A DNA stretch of 64,000 bases from an uncultured bacterium (GCA_964632485.1 CAZWDO010000018.1:1-64000); one strand, 5' to 3'; positions 20,237 through 31,226 are shown, counted from the stretch's first letter. Numbers and translations are program-made. The notes: generated by a model not told the origin, from the letters alone.

Positions 20237-21652
20237 TTATAACGATATAAATTTAAAATAAAGCATCCCTTCACGCCATTTTAGATTCGCAGGAAAGGCC
20301 ACTATCAGGGCGGCCCATTGCGTATTGTGACTTAGAGGGATCGACCAATGAACACCCCAATCCTTGAGCTGGCTGGGCAAATTCAGATTATTCACAATTC
20401 CATACCATTCAAAATAGAGATGCAGATGCGTTGCGGGTGGAAGGCCCCATTGCAAAGCAGCTCTAATTCCTGCTAATTGTCGCGCCCAGATCAACGACGA
20501 AGGATATGCCGCCAGGCGGTCGTCCCCGCCAACAAGTATCTGATCGTAAATAGGAATAGCCCGGCCGGGGGGTGAAAAACCTTCGACCTCACCTCCGATT
20601 TTTGCAATAAAATGCTGATTAATGGAAATAAGCTGCTCTCCCTGGCACCGCCAATGATGTATTTTTTGAGAGACCCGCCAACCGTATTGGATACTCCATG
20701 GCCAGGCGGGCCAGACTAAAGCCGGCATAACCTGCCGCAAATAACCGCCCCAACTGAAATCATCCGAGCCGGGGACAATTCCCCCTTGATGCGATAAGGG
20801 ATAGAAAACTCGTTTTTCCAGAGTAGCGCCCAACTGCCAGACACCATTGCCCAATATCCAGGATAGATCCACACTAAACAAAAATTGCTGAAATTTTTGA
20901 GACTCTTTCAACTGGTGGAATTCAAATCTCATATCAACAGGCAGACCCTTGAGATAGGGATAGGCTACCGATGCGTTCATTTTGGAATAAAGAGGTGAAA
21001 TTTTTTGGTATTGAAAATTAAAATCGAGTCCCTGGTTTAAAAGATTGGCTTCATGAAAATCTAAGCGCCCTAACCATGTTGCGTCACTATAATAGGCCAT
21101 TCCCTCAAATTTCAGGCTATTCCTTTCTATTCCTTTTAGCAGCAAGTCAGCTTGATGTCGGTTATCATGAATCAAAACAGCAGCAAGTTCCAATGAATCA
21201 ATAAATGAATACCGATTCAATACTTGCAGTCGTTTCAGAATCATAGAAGAATGGTAGTCACGATGGATCATTTGAGCAAAAATCCGTTGAATCAATTGAC
21301 ACTGCACTCCCTCAATCTGCAGACCCCGAATCTGAATTCGGGGTCCGGAACTACCTTCCAGCAGGAGAGTGTCGGCTGACAGGGGGACAAGACGGCAGCG
21401 GGCCAAAGGAAATCCATTATCATCAAACCAATTCATAAGTTCTTTTAAACGACATTGAAGCGGCTCAGGCGGAATTTTTTTGCTCCAATCGACGATAGCG
21501 CTCTCTGTTGGAATTTTGCGGGTCCATTCCACAAAAAGCGGATCAATTTTGATAAAACGGTTTGCATCTTCGCCCGATATTCGGACAAAAAGGAAAAAAA
21601 TAAAAACCAAAAACCGAATTGGATTCGGAGAAAAAGATTTAAAAAATAGCAC
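20237..21652 (-). CDS. Divergent Omp85/BamA-TamA-like outer-membrane protein
   Basis: POTRA-like segment (NGFPLAR...GPRIQIRGLQIEG), LDFHEANLLNQG barrel start, VGGDDRLAAY loop resembling GGxxxVRGY. Confidence 0.6.
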   Translation of the reverse strand: MLFFKSFSPNPIRFLVFIFFLFVRISGEDANRFIKIDPLFVEWTRKIPTESAIVDWSKKIPPEPLQCRLKELMNWFDDNGFPLARCRLVPLSADTLLLEGSSGPRIQIRGLQIEGVQCQLIQRIFAQMIHRDYHSSMILKRLQVLNRYSFIDSLELAAVLIHDNRHQADLLLKGIERNSLKFEGMAYYSDATWLGRLDFHEANLLNQGLDFNFQYQKISPLYSKMNASVAYPYLKGLPVDMRFEFHQLKESQKFQQFLFSVDLSWILGNGVWQLGATLEKRVFYPLSHQGGIVPGSDDFSWGGYLRQVMPALVWPAWPWSIQYGWRVSQKIHHWRCQGEQLISINQHFIAKIGGEVEGFSPPGRAIPIYDQILVGGDDRLAAYPSSLIWARQLAGIRAALQWGLPPATHLHLYFEWYGIVNNLNLPSQLKDWGVHWSIPLSHNTQWAALIVAFPANLKWREGMLYFKFISL

Positions 21653-24600
21653 GCCAACTCATTTGTAAAAAGGTTTGTGGATCAAGTTGACTATAATGTC
21701 GGCGAAACCACCGCAATGAGAGCTCGGACTTCTGTCCGACCGCAAACCCCACATCAAGGGTCGCTTCATTATTAAAGCCCAATCGTTTACCGGAGGTTAA
21801 AAAATAATGATACTGATAAGCGCCCTGTGAAAGCTGCAGATAATCCAGCGAATAGCTAAAAGCAACTTTCCATTTGCTTTTTAATCTGGGAGTCAGACGC
21901 AACGACGAATTGACTGACCATATCCGGGAATTTTCGAGACTATATCGCTGGGTAGCAAGCCGCCATTCGCTCGCGATAAGATCGGGCCAGGTCAGATCAA
22001 GGAGGGAGCTCCACTCGCTGAACTCATAGTTCAAAGCGCTCATTCGCTGCCACTCCCGGTCGACACGCCCGAATTCTCCCCGCCAGGTTTGATAGGCCTG
22101 CGCGTTCCAGGGATGTTGGAATACGACAAAGAATGAATGTTTTATGTATTGTTGAGCATCATTGAGATAATAAGCTAAATTCTGTCGATCCGATAAAAAT
22201 CCACTTTCCAAACAACTGGAAGAGGGAATATGCCACTGATAAAAAAGTGAATCCAGAGCAACGGTTACCTTCAGTTCAATTCGAGTTGAGAGTTTCGACA
22301 CTTCTCCATTTAACGGAGTGAGTGGAAAGGCCAGGTTTTTCCAAAAAGCATAATGGGCAGCGACTTTTTTTTCCATTTCATGTCGATAGCTAAAGTTAAT
22401 AGCCTGCCAGGCCGCAAGTTTTAGAAAGGGAGAAAAAACCGCTTGAAGTTGATCCTGCACCGAACTTAACGTCTGAGTATTTTTTAAAAATTCTTTTATT
22501 AGAATATAATCGCCATAATCGTCCGGCACATAATCCAGCATTAACGAATCATAGCGATAATTCCCGTTTCCGGCGCTGGTCGGTTGAAAGCGTTTCGTAA
22601 GTTGAAACGCATCTTCCAGATTAAAGTTTTTTTGCCATGTTAATTGGAAAAAAGGGATAACCGGTTGATAGTGAAACTGATGATGATATAAAAAATAATT
22701 ATCGGGACTGCCCGACTGGCCATTAAATTTTTGTCGCCAATTGATCTGGTAGTCCGCCCAGCAATTTTCATCTTTGCGTATATGCCCGTTTTGCAACAGG
22801 CTCCAACTCCAATGGTTAGCGTTTTGCAGGGATTCCCCGCTCCAAATTTCACGACGGAACATTATTTCCACATTTTCCTGCCAGCCAGTCATCAACCTTA
22901 ATAGCGAAAACGCGCTCAGCTCTGAAATCCAATAACTGCTATCCGTCATCTCCCCGGATTGTTTCAACCATTCATTTCGTCCCTTTAAACCATCAGTCGC
23001 ATTGAACTGCCACTCGAACCAGGAATCCAGCAATTTATTTTCTGACGAATTTAAGCGGGATTGACTGAAGACCATTGCATGGGAACATTCCAGGACCCGG
23101 TCCTCTTTTTTTGTATGATACTGGATCTGGTTGCGCCAACTGGTCCATTCCTGATTGAAAGAAAGGATTTGTTGACTTAGATTCCATGAATCCCAGGAAA
23201 AATTTAAGGTTGATTTTAACAAATCCATTACCGAAACAGGAAAGGAAACAGCGAAATCGCGGGTTTCTTCAGGAGTGAGAAGAGGATAATAACTTTTAAA
23301 CCAACGGTTTTTATAGAGCCATGAAAATCTCCAGCGGCCCGAGACCGCTCCCGTTCGGCCATCGGTCATCCAGCCATGCTGGCGATAATCGATTCCCTGG
23401 TTCGGTTTATACCCGGCATAGACCCAAGAGACTTCCACAGGCAGGGCAATCGTATCCCGCCAGTTTGTCTGAGCAAAAAGCCATTGTTGAGGAGTCGGAA
23501 TTTTTCTTCCGATGCGATATGACCCTTTACCATTTCCCACATAGAGAAATTCGCCATTGCCAGCATAGACATAATCGCCAGCTCCGGGTGAGGTCAAATA
23601 AAAATCGAGCTGCACATCCCCTTGCCCGGGGCCAGTATATATAAAAGCAGAATCTTCCTGTCTATAGTTTCCTTCACCCTGATTGACCGGGCGGATGCCA
23701 GGCAGAAATAATTCAGAAGCGCCGGGAGACAGGCTACGAAGGGCATCTTTATCTGTAGAAGTAAGATCGTAAAGCAGGAAACGATCGGTTTGATCGCCCG
23801 CCACATAGCCGAATGCGGAAACGCCATGGCCAATTTCACCCTTGGCCGCTGAAATATAGCGTTCGTAATAACGGGAAGTATATTCAAATTCAACATAAAA
23901 CCGATCCTCTTCCCGCACTAGCAATGAAATATTAAACGTTAGTGAAGCGGCGGCATAGTCGATAAGATAATCGCCATCATCACCGGTTTTCAGTAATTTA
24001 CCGTTACGGTAAACCCTTTCGCTTTCAGGGACAATTATAATTGAGGGATCGCCATTTTCAGTAGTCAGCAAATAGGGGCCGGGATTCCCCTCACGTCCAT
24101 TGAAGCGACAGGTTGTAAATTGTCCCAATTGACGGCCGGCCATCGCCTGGTAAGGACCCAATTGCAACGCAATACCCTGAAGTTTCTGCTGGTTAGGAAG
24201 AAAAATAGTCAATGGAGGGGTATAAAAAAAATCTCCCATTTGAAGCTTGAGTCGGGGTCCATCAATCTGAAAATAAATCTGGTCAAGAGACCGAAGTTTC
24301 TGACCTTCTGAAAACTCTGTTAATGGGGTCTGATTATCTTTCACGACCCCTGTTATTCTGAATTGATCCCGCAAATGGCCTTCCAGACTTAGATAGAGAG
24401 ATTGACTTAACCCTCCCTGGGCTTGTTCTCCCATCGTAAAGCTTATTGATTTCCAACCCTGGATATTGAAACGGGGGACAAGAATGGCTTCCGGGTTCAG
24501 TGAATCCTTAACTCTGCTCACTGTTTGTCCGGGCAATATCTGCATCGTATCATAAACTATTGGTACTGCTGATTGAGTCGGAGTTACCAGCCAGGAGGAA

Positions 24601-24686
24601 TCATACTCAACCTGAGCTTGTAATCGGAGCTCCCCAGACCAATAGACGGGGATGCAAAAAAAAATAACGGTGAGAAAGAATTTCAT
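21639..24686 (-). CDS. Large exported hypothetical protein, probable outer-membrane barrel (1015 aa)
   Basis: Signal peptide, W/Y/F-rich beta-strands, terminal Phe (MSWRAIF); internal ESERVYRNG..L..G...DYLIDY motif; overlaps both neighbours. Confidence 0.7.
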   Translation of the reverse strand: MKFFLTVIFFCIPVYWSGELRLQAQVEYDSSWLVTPTQSAVPIVYDTMQILPGQTVSRVKDSLNPEAILVPRFNIQGWKSISFTMGEQAQGGLSQSLYLSLEGHLRDQFRITGVVKDNQTPLTEFSEGQKLRSLDQIYFQIDGPRLKLQMGDFFYTPPLTIFLPNQQKLQGIALQLGPYQAMAGRQLGQFTTCRFNGREGNPGPYLLTTENGDPSIIIVPESERVYRNGKLLKTGDDGDYLIDYAAASLTFNISLLVREEDRFYVEFEYTSRYYERYISAAKGEIGHGVSAFGYVAGDQTDRFLLYDLTSTDKDALRSLSPGASELFLPGIRPVNQGEGNYRQEDSAFIYTGPGQGDVQLDFYLTSPGAGDYVYAGNGEFLYVGNGKGSYRIGRKIPTPQQWLFAQTNWRDTIALPVEVSWVYAGYKPNQGIDYRQHGWMTDGRTGAVSGRWRFSWLYKNRWFKSYYPLLTPEETRDFAVSFPVSVMDLLKSTLNFSWDSWNLSQQILSFNQEWTSWRNQIQYHTKKEDRVLECSHAMVFSQSRLNSSENKLLDSWFEWQFNATDGLKGRNEWLKQSGEMTDSSYWISELSAFSLLRLMTGWQENVEIMFRREIWSGESLQNANHWSWSLLQNGHIRKDENCWADYQINWRQKFNGQSGSPDNYFLYHHQFHYQPVIPFFQLTWQKNFNLEDAFQLTKRFQPTSAGNGNYRYDSLMLDYVPDDYGDYILIKEFLKNTQTLSSVQDQLQAVFSPFLKLAAWQAINFSYRHEMEKKVAAHYAFWKNLAFPLTPLNGEVSKLSTRIELKVTVALDSLFYQWHIPSSSCLESGFLSDRQNLAYYLNDAQQYIKHSFFVVFQHPWNAQAYQTWRGEFGRVDREWQRMSALNYEFSEWSSLLDLTWPDLIASEWRLATQRYSLENSRIWSVNSSLRLTPRLKSKWKVAFSYSLDYLQLSQGAYQYHYFLTSGKRLGFNNEATLDVGFAVGQKSELSLRWFRRHYSQLDPQTFLQMSWRAIF

Positions 24687-25546
24687 GGATTAGAAAAGAG
24701 AAAGACCCGCGCCCGGGTGGACATCAAAAAAAGAGTAGAATCGGTTAGGCAGAATGAACTCCACTCATGCGTTTCCGGGAGCGCCAGATTTATAGTCTGC
24801 CATTGGCAGGTCCCCCCTAATAGGGGCCTTGAGGCTCGAAGGAGATAATTGCCTCTGCGGGGTAAAATCCAAAGGATCGAATGGCGGCCAATCGCTTGCT
24901 GAATTTGGATGGAATCGGGAGCATCTAAAGTCTCTGCGGATCGTTGATTTGCAAGATAAAAAAACAAAGAAGGCTCATGAGAATGCCGGAAAATCAATTC
25001 CTGTTCATCAGTTTTTCCAACCATTTGCCAATTATTATCCACAGGAATCCGTATGTTTTTATCTGTTTGTAGTATCAGATCCGGATAATAAAGAAGAATC
25101 CGTCCCCTATTATAAAAAAGAAATATTTCAGCCGGATCGAAGAAATAAAGAGAATGGGGCGGTTCCCCCAAACGGCATGGAACTCTGTCAGTAATCCATG
25201 AAAGTTGCGAATCAGTAAAATAAAAACTACGAGACCCATAATGATAAAAAACGAACCCCGTCATTGAGGAATAATCACAGAGTTCCGGTTTGAAGTAAAG
25301 GGTCTCACTCCCGTAACGGAACGAAGCGGTTCTCCGGACAAGGCCCCGATCGCGGTGATAAATCAACAATTCTCCGCGGGGCTGGTTAAGAATGATAAAA
25401 AGCGAATCATTTTCGGAAAATATTTGCCCGGAGCGTGAATCGACCGAAATGGTATGACGTGGGGACAGTTTAGATTCAGAATGAATGGGATACGATAGAA
25501 GTACAAGCAGAATAAAAATTTTCAGCGTGATATGAGCTTCGCACAT
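24683..25546 (-). CDS. Hypothetical exported protein, possible beta-propeller
   Basis: Long ORF coupled to the downstream gene by ATGA overlap; hydrophobic LKIFILLVLLS near the start; start codon uncertain and overlaps the lipA 3' end. Confidence 0.55.
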   Translation of the reverse strand: MCEAHITLKIFILLVLLSYPIHSESKLSPRHTISVDSRSGQIFSENDSLFIILNQPRGELLIYHRDRGLVRRTASFRYGSETLYFKPELCDYSSMTGFVFYHYGSRSFYFTDSQLSWITDRVPCRLGEPPHSLYFFDPAEIFLFYNRGRILLYYPDLILQTDKNIRIPVDNNWQMVGKTDEQELIFRHSHEPSLFFYLANQRSAETLDAPDSIQIQQAIGRHSILWILPRRGNYLLRASRPLLGGTCQWQTINLALPETHEWSSFCLTDSTLFLMSTRARVFLFSNP

Positions 25547-26333
25547 ACGTTCCGGCCGCCACGAGATTGATACCCAGTGATCTTGCCATATTTTCAATAT
25601 CTTTAAAAAAGTTCTCATCTTTCATCTCAACTAACGGAAATGCTTGTGGGGAAGGTGGAAAATACTGACCGATAGTCAGAATATCACAATGGATATCAAC
25701 CAGGTCACGAAAGACAGATTCCAATTGGATTACGGTTTCACCCAGACCTACCATAAGCCCTGACTTTACGATTAAGTGAGGATTCAACTCCTTCATTTTG
25801 CCTAGTAACCGCAGGGAGGTTTCATAGCGGGCGAAGGGCCGGATTTGCGCGTATAAATCCGGTACGGTTTCAAGGTTGTGATTAAATACTTGAAATGGGG
25901 CCCAGGCCAATTGGGAAAGGAGATGATGATTACGTTGAAAATCTGGGGTTAAAATCTCTATTTGGATTTCTGGCATTTGCGTATGAAGCCAATCCACCGT
26001 TCGTAAAAAATGACCAACACCCTCATCTTCCAAATCATCACGGGTTACCGAAGTCAAAACGACATAGGAAAGTCCCAATTCTTTAACAGCAACCGCAATT
26101 CGCTCCGGTTCGTGAGGATCCGGCAATGATTGCGGGCATCCTTTTTCGACACCGCAAAATCTGCATTGGCGGGTGCAGATATCCCCCATCAATAAAAAAG
26201 TGGCCGTTTGGTGATTAAAACATTCTGTCAGATTTGGACAACGGGCCGATTGGCATACTGTATGAAGCCCCTGAGATCGAATTAAGCGCATAATGCGGTT
26301 AACTTCCGGAGTAAAGATCATTTTCTTCTTCAT
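25476..26333 (-). CDS. lipA: Lipoyl synthase
   Basis: CQSARCPNLTEC, CTRQCRFC, LTSVTRDDL, HNLETV, KSGLMVGLGET, VRSSY. Confidence 0.96.
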   Translation of the reverse strand: MKKKMIFTPEVNRIMRLIRSQGLHTVCQSARCPNLTECFNHQTATFLLMGDICTRQCRFCGVEKGCPQSLPDPHEPERIAVAVKELGLSYVVLTSVTRDDLEDEGVGHFLRTVDWLHTQMPEIQIEILTPDFQRNHHLLSQLAWAPFQVFNHNLETVPDLYAQIRPFARYETSLRLLGKMKELNPHLIVKSGLMVGLGETVIQLESVFRDLVDIHCDILTIGQYFPPSPQAFPLVEMKDENFFKDIENMARSLGINLVAAGTYVRSSYHAENFYSACTSIVSHSF

Positions 26334-27940
26334 AGAGGATCGCCATAAATCCGAAAATCAATTGCTGGAAACAGAGTATATTGCCGTTCTCGTTCCTCGA
26401 GAAAATTCCGGCGCTCTTGACCGGGTTGAGATTGGAGCATTCCAACAAACTGATGAAATGCGTTGAGATGTTCTTTAAGACGACTTTGCGCGTATTGAGC
26501 CGTGGTTTGCATACGGATCATAAAGGGCCAATCGGAGGCTTGCGCCAACAACAATTCCCGGCTCATCTGATTCAAAATTCGTTCGCTAAGTGGTTCTACA
26601 GCAAGGTTTGCGTAATGATTGGCCAAATTAAGCATAATTGTCCCGGCTTGATGCAAAAGCGGATAAATCCAATCATTGGTGTGATTGAGCCATACTTCGT
26701 TATATCCATTTTTCCCCCAACTGGAAGCGGCTGGTTCGCATACTTGCGTTGTTGGATACTGTTTCAAATAGTCATTAAAAAAGGTAAAATTAACAGGAAG
26801 CTTATCCCGATGGGCAATTCGGGCAACCTGATCGAGAAAATCCGGACCTTCAAACCACCAATGTCCAAACAGTTCGGCATCAAATGGCGCACTAATGATT
26901 GGGGATGTTCGAATCACTGCCGATAATTGATCCAGATGATAAACAATTTTATTCAGAAAATCATGGGCATGGATTCGCGTTTGTTTTTGCGCGGCCAAGG
27001 GTTCATACCAGGCTTTTTCGCTGGAAAGCTTATCGGTAATACGTCGGTATTTCATCCCGGTATGCATTATAAAACCAGCGGGATGGACGCATGGAGCCAG
27101 TTCTTCAGGTGTACGGTCATACGCTATATCAGAATAAAACTCGCGATAAAAAGGATCGCCGGGATAACCACTTTCACTGCTCCAGATTTGTTGGGCGACC
27201 AACAAATCCCTGGCGAATACTGTTAAATCCCGCTTTGTATGCACAGGCAAATAGACAGAACCGGGCGGACGCGGATTGCCAAACAGCAAGGAATGGCTTT
27301 CCAAAATCGTAAGATCGATTCCAACATCTTTCATTAACGCATCCAATCCCGAATAATACCCACATTCTGACAACCAGAACCCACAGGGCTCCATTCCAAA
27401 AAAGTCGCGAAAGGAATCTAAAGCCACTTTAAGTTGGGCTTTAACGATTTTAGGCTGATGCTGAAACAAGGGTAAAAAACAATGCGTGGCGCTGGTTGAC
27501 CATAGCTGGATAGTTCCTGATGCAGCCAATTCGCGGAATCCATTAATAATATCCCGCTTCAATGTTCCTGTATAAAAATCATAGATTTTTTGATAAAAAT
27601 TATGATAGAAATCACTCAGTTCCAATAGTGATGAATTATGCTTATTCCGAGCCTTTTCCTTCGCTGCTAATTCAATATGATTTTCCAAATAACGTTCAAA
27701 ACGAACTGATAGCAATTCATCTGCCATCATATATAACAAAGGGGGAGACAACGAGAGCTGCAACGGGAATGCGATTGATTCTTCACGAAGAGCGTACCCA
27801 CGTTTCAGCAGGGGCAAATAGGTTTCAGCCACCGCTTCATAGTACCATAGTTCTTCAATGAAAAAAGGATCATCCGGATGTCGCACAAAAGGCAAATGAC
27901 CATGCAACAGAAAAGCAAAGGATCCTAAGGCCATCGTCAA
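26330..27940 (-). CDS. GH57 1,4-alpha-glucan branching enzyme (DUF1957)
   Basis: LHGHLPFVRHP, ETYLPLL, GFWLSECGY, YREFY, PFDAELFGHWWFEG, ELLLAQASDWPF. Confidence 0.93.
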   Translation of the reverse strand: MTMALGSFAFLLHGHLPFVRHPDDPFFIEELWYYEAVAETYLPLLKRGYALREESIAFPLQLSLSPPLLYMMADELLSVRFERYLENHIELAAKEKARNKHNSSLLELSDFYHNFYQKIYDFYTGTLKRDIINGFRELAASGTIQLWSTSATHCFLPLFQHQPKIVKAQLKVALDSFRDFFGMEPCGFWLSECGYYSGLDALMKDVGIDLTILESHSLLFGNPRPPGSVYLPVHTKRDLTVFARDLLVAQQIWSSESGYPGDPFYREFYSDIAYDRTPEELAPCVHPAGFIMHTGMKYRRITDKLSSEKAWYEPLAAQKQTRIHAHDFLNKIVYHLDQLSAVIRTSPIISAPFDAELFGHWWFEGPDFLDQVARIAHRDKLPVNFTFFNDYLKQYPTTQVCEPAASSWGKNGYNEVWLNHTNDWIYPLLHQAGTIMLNLANHYANLAVEPLSERILNQMSRELLLAQASDWPFMIRMQTTAQYAQSRLKEHLNAFHQFVGMLQSQPGQERRNFLEERERQYTLFPAIDFRIYGDPL

Positions 27941-27942
27941 TT

Positions 27943-29136
27943 TTAAAAATTGTCGGTTTTACGAAAGATAATGGGACGGATAATTTTAGAATACTTTTTG
28001 TCCGCGGAAACAGCCAGAGTTTTAACTTCCACGATCCCATCAGGCAACGGCATACGGATTTGAAATTTTTGTTCGTTATCCAACGACAATTCCTGATTCT
28101 CATTGATGAACACTCGACCCCCCGGTTTAACCTGTCCCTTGATAATCACTTCACAATCTAAATGATACCAGAAATCATCACTTTCCAAATTATCAGAATA
28201 GTGAGCGATTGCAGCAGTCAAAGAAGCTTGGGAAGAAACTTGTGAGGAAACCTGCGAAGATATATCCTTTAACAGGTTCTCCTGAAGTTTGGCAGAAGAC
28301 AAATTAACTTCTGTTTGATACCCGCCGGTTAAAACCAGGATTTTTTCTGTTTCCTCTTTAGAAATGGCATGGGGAGGCGCTGGCGCAAATTGAGTATCTG
28401 GGGGGAAAAAACTCATCTCCGGGACAGCCGCCGTATCGTGAACGGTCGGGCTAACGCTCGCGCTTGGAACAAAAATCGGATTAGAACGAGCGATGATATA
28501 AAAACGATGCCGCATACGATAGCCGATTTCAATGCTATAGGTGTGTTGAGGTCGGGGAATGTTAATATACCAACTACTGGCCTCGGCATGTACGGGAATA
28601 TCAAAATAAACCTGCCGATGATCTTGCTCAGAAGCAGTCAGATTATAAATCCGCAGATTCAAATCAGCGGATTGAAACTGCTTGCCAATATATTGCTCCG
28701 CTTCTTTTCTGGCATCCTCTGTAATATTCCAATAAGCAAAGGCCCAATAGGGATTCTGCACCAGGGCAACAACGTAATTATTGGCGCTGGCTTGGAAATT
28801 AACTTGAGAATGTTCAATTTCTTCCGGGGAAGATGTTTGGTCAGGCGTGTCATATTTAGCTTTTTCAATTTCCATTTCGGGAGTCTCAATTTTTGCGCGC
28901 GCCGCCGGTTTTCGTCTTTCTGGAGTTTTCACTACCGGGGATTCCGTAGTCTTCGCGACTTCTTTCTGAGCAGTAGCTTGAAGTTGTTTACTTAGAATCG
29001 CTTCAATGATACTATTTTTGGAATCGCTTTCTACAACCGCTATTTTTGACTGAAGAGCCAATTCCAACAATTGCTCTTTTTTCATCTTTGTGAGCGCGGT
29101 TTTGCTCAAGTTCATTGAATTACTTTCTTTAGCCAT
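27943..29136 (-). CDS. DUF4912 domain protein with Rho-N-like N-terminus
   Basis: LTKMKKEQLLELA...KNSIIEAI; LVQNPYWAFAYW...WYI...YSIEIGY...IARSN; usual neighbour of GH57. Confidence 0.85.
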   Translation of the reverse strand: MAKESNSMNLSKTALTKMKKEQLLELALQSKIAVVESDSKNSIIEAILSKQLQATAQKEVAKTTESPVVKTPERRKPAARAKIETPEMEIEKAKYDTPDQTSSPEEIEHSQVNFQASANNYVVALVQNPYWAFAYWNITEDARKEAEQYIGKQFQSADLNLRIYNLTASEQDHRQVYFDIPVHAEASSWYINIPRPQHTYSIEIGYRMRHRFYIIARSNPIFVPSASVSPTVHDTAAVPEMSFFPPDTQFAPAPPHAISKEETEKILVLTGGYQTEVNLSSAKLQENLLKDISSQVSSQVSSQASLTAAIAHYSDNLESDDFWYHLDCEVIIKGQVKPGGRVFINENQELSLDNEQKFQIRMPLPDGIVEVKTLAVSADKKYSKIIRPIIFRKTDNF

Positions 29137-29326
29137 GGTCTATCCTCCTTATGTTACAAGACTAAATTAAGAAAAAAAAGGAATTTTAGCAAGTGAAAAA
29201 TTTATTTAAATTTATTATTACACCTGAAAATTTAAATATAGAATATTTCTAATACTTATATACCTTGCGCAACACCCCATTGTACTTACCTCTCCATTAC
29301 AATCCAACCGATTCAAAAACAATGGA

Positions 29327-30109
29327 TCAATCGAACAAATCATTGGGAATCAAGAAGTTAAACTCTCTAAAATAATAATTAAGGGTAACACCCGCCTGAA
29401 ACAAAGAGTATAGAGAGGCATCCTTATATTCACTCTGAAAAATAAAAGAAAGTTCAAAGGATATCCGATAAAACGCCAAGTATTCCATCCCGATTCCCAA
29501 CTGAACTCCAGGAGAAAACCCAGGAGACTGATAGACCTGGTCTCCCGACGCATTTTTTAAAATATCGGTTTCGATTTGATCTCGAACCTCTTTTTCTGTT
29601 ACGACTTCCCCGGCGACAAACGTGGGAAAATAATTAAACCAGGAAGTTCCCAGCGTACCTAAAATAGTAAAACTTAAGCGATGACGCATTGGGAAATAGA
29701 CCTTAATTCCAGTATAGAGATTAAACCGTTTTACATCCAGCGTATTCAACACATCCGAGTAGTCAAACAGTTCAAAAGCGCTAATCTGATTCAAAGCGGA
29801 ATAGGAAGCATAAGAGATGGAAGAATACCAGGTGAGTGACCGGTAGTAACGATGTTTGAATGCAAAATCAAACTGCAGTCCATTATCAAATAAATCAGCA
29901 TTATTTCCCAAAGGAATGCTTTGGTGAGCGCTAAACATAAATGAGTTGGTAAAAAGACGTCGCTGTTTTTCCGAAAGTGAGCGGTTCTGTTTAAACAAGG
30001 AAGAACCGGAGGAAGGTCCGTAAAAACTTTGAGCATAAAAAACAGATACTCCAAAGATCAGATAAAAGAAAACAAAAAACATACTATGGGAAATAGTTGG
30101 GAATTTCAT
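29327..30109 (-). CDS. Putative outer-membrane beta-barrel protein
   Basis: Signal peptide, amphipathic strands (NLYTGIKVYF, QLGIGMEY, QAGVTLNYYF); ATG 30109 with AAGGAG RBS. Confidence 0.65.
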   Translation of the reverse strand: MKFPTISHSMFFVFFYLIFGVSVFYAQSFYGPSSGSSLFKQNRSLSEKQRRLFTNSFMFSAHQSIPLGNNADLFDNGLQFDFAFKHRYYRSLTWYSSISYASYSALNQISAFELFDYSDVLNTLDVKRFNLYTGIKVYFPMRHRLSFTILGTLGTSWFNYFPTFVAGEVVTEKEVRDQIETDILKNASGDQVYQSPGFSPGVQLGIGMEYLAFYRISFELSFIFQSEYKDASLYSLFQAGVTLNYYFREFNFLIPNDLFD

Positions 30110-30122
30110 AGACCACTCCTTG

Positions 30123-31226
30123 TTAATCATAGTGTTTAATCGTAATTTTCTTTAAAGAATTTATATAGTTCGTGCGGATAAATTGATCTTGAACCACATA
30201 AACAGCGCCTTGAGAGGTAGAGATTTCGAGATTGGGAATGACGACTTGATAAAGGGTTGTTCGATCTGATTTAGAGATATTCGCTTTCACCCGATATTGA
30301 GGAGATTCTCCATCAAGCGTATAAGGGCCATCATAAAAGAAAACAATTTGAGAAATATCCTTCCAGGAAACGGACCGGAATTTTTTAGCGCTAAGAGCAA
30401 AATAACCGAGATGTTCTTTTCCGGGTCTGAAAGTAACATTCGACGTTTGCCCCTGGATAGTTTCCAAAACCAAGGGGAGTTCGATCACCACCGGTTCTTT
30501 CACCACAGGCAGTGGAGTTATTACAGCCAACGTTTCCTTGGGAAGATCATTGCTATCAATTTTAAGCTGGAGAGGTTTTTCATGCGCAGGTTTTTTGGGA
30601 ATTTTTTTTGATGGTTTTTTTGATGTAGTTTTTTTTCGGGCCCGAAGTGACTCGGCTTTTTTTAGAGAGTCTGCAGTGGCAGCAGCCCGGGCGCTATCTG
30701 CCTGTAGTAAAAGTCTGACGCTATCATTGAAAACTTTTGCGCTATCGCTGGCCACCAGAGAATCCGCATTATTGGCAGCATTAACGGTATCTGTTTGAGC
30801 CGACGATGTATCCGCAGAGCTATCGGAAACGGAATCTAATACTGAATCAGCCATAAAAGAAAAATCATTATAACCCAAACTGTCGCTGAACATATCAGAA
30901 AGAGAATCATTTGGGAGCTGAGGGATGGAGGTGGGTTTGTAATAGACCCAATAGAAAATAGCAACTGAAATAATGATCAGGGCGAGGACAGCCAATAAAA
31001 TAAGCAGAAGTTTCCTGTTTTTGGATTCCCTGGGTTTATCATGATTGTCCAGCACCAAATCGTCATCCAATTCGATCATACTGTCATCTTGAGACATATC
31101 CGAATTCTTATTTTCCATCTGTGCCATAGTAGTAAACTCCTCTGGTAATTTAGCCCCGCATTCGGGACAGATATTTATATCCAAACTCCCTGGGGGAATT
31201 GCAAAACCGCATTCAGGACAATTCAT
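30123..31226 (-). CDS. Zinc-ribbon, single-TM protein with D/S-rich linker and unknown C-terminal domain
   Basis: MNCPECG...CPECGAKL, TM LLLILLAVLALIIISVAIF, DS-rich then K-rich linker. Confidence 0.75.
   Translation of the reverse strand: MNCPECGFAIPPGSLDINICPECGAKLPEEFTTMAQMENKNSDMSQDDSMIELDDDLVLDNHDKPRESKNRKLLLILLAVLALIIISVAIFYWVYYKPTSIPQLPNDSLSDMFSDSLGYNDFSFMADSVLDSVSDSSADTSSAQTDTVNAANNADSLVASDSAKVFNDSVRLLLQADSARAAATADSLKKAESLRARKKTTSKKPSKKIPKKPAHEKPLQLKIDSNDLPKETLAVITPLPVVKEPVVIELPLVLETIQGQTSNVTFRPGKEHLGYFALSAKKFRSVSWKDISQIVFFYDGPYTLDGESPQYRVKANISKSDRTTLYQVVIPNLEISTSQGAVYVVQDQFIRTNYINSLKKITIKHYD

Noticed and set aside
28222-28260. Short tandem repeat encoding SSQVSSQVSSQA
   Set aside because: Degenerate at DNA level; a low-complexity protein linker, not an array or contingency locus
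28369-28995. 208-aa plus-strand ORF and other antisense or overlapping ORFs in the track (e.g. 14760-15317, 26381-26926, 54992-55495)
   Set aside because: They shadow well-supported genes and show no RBS or recognisable motifs
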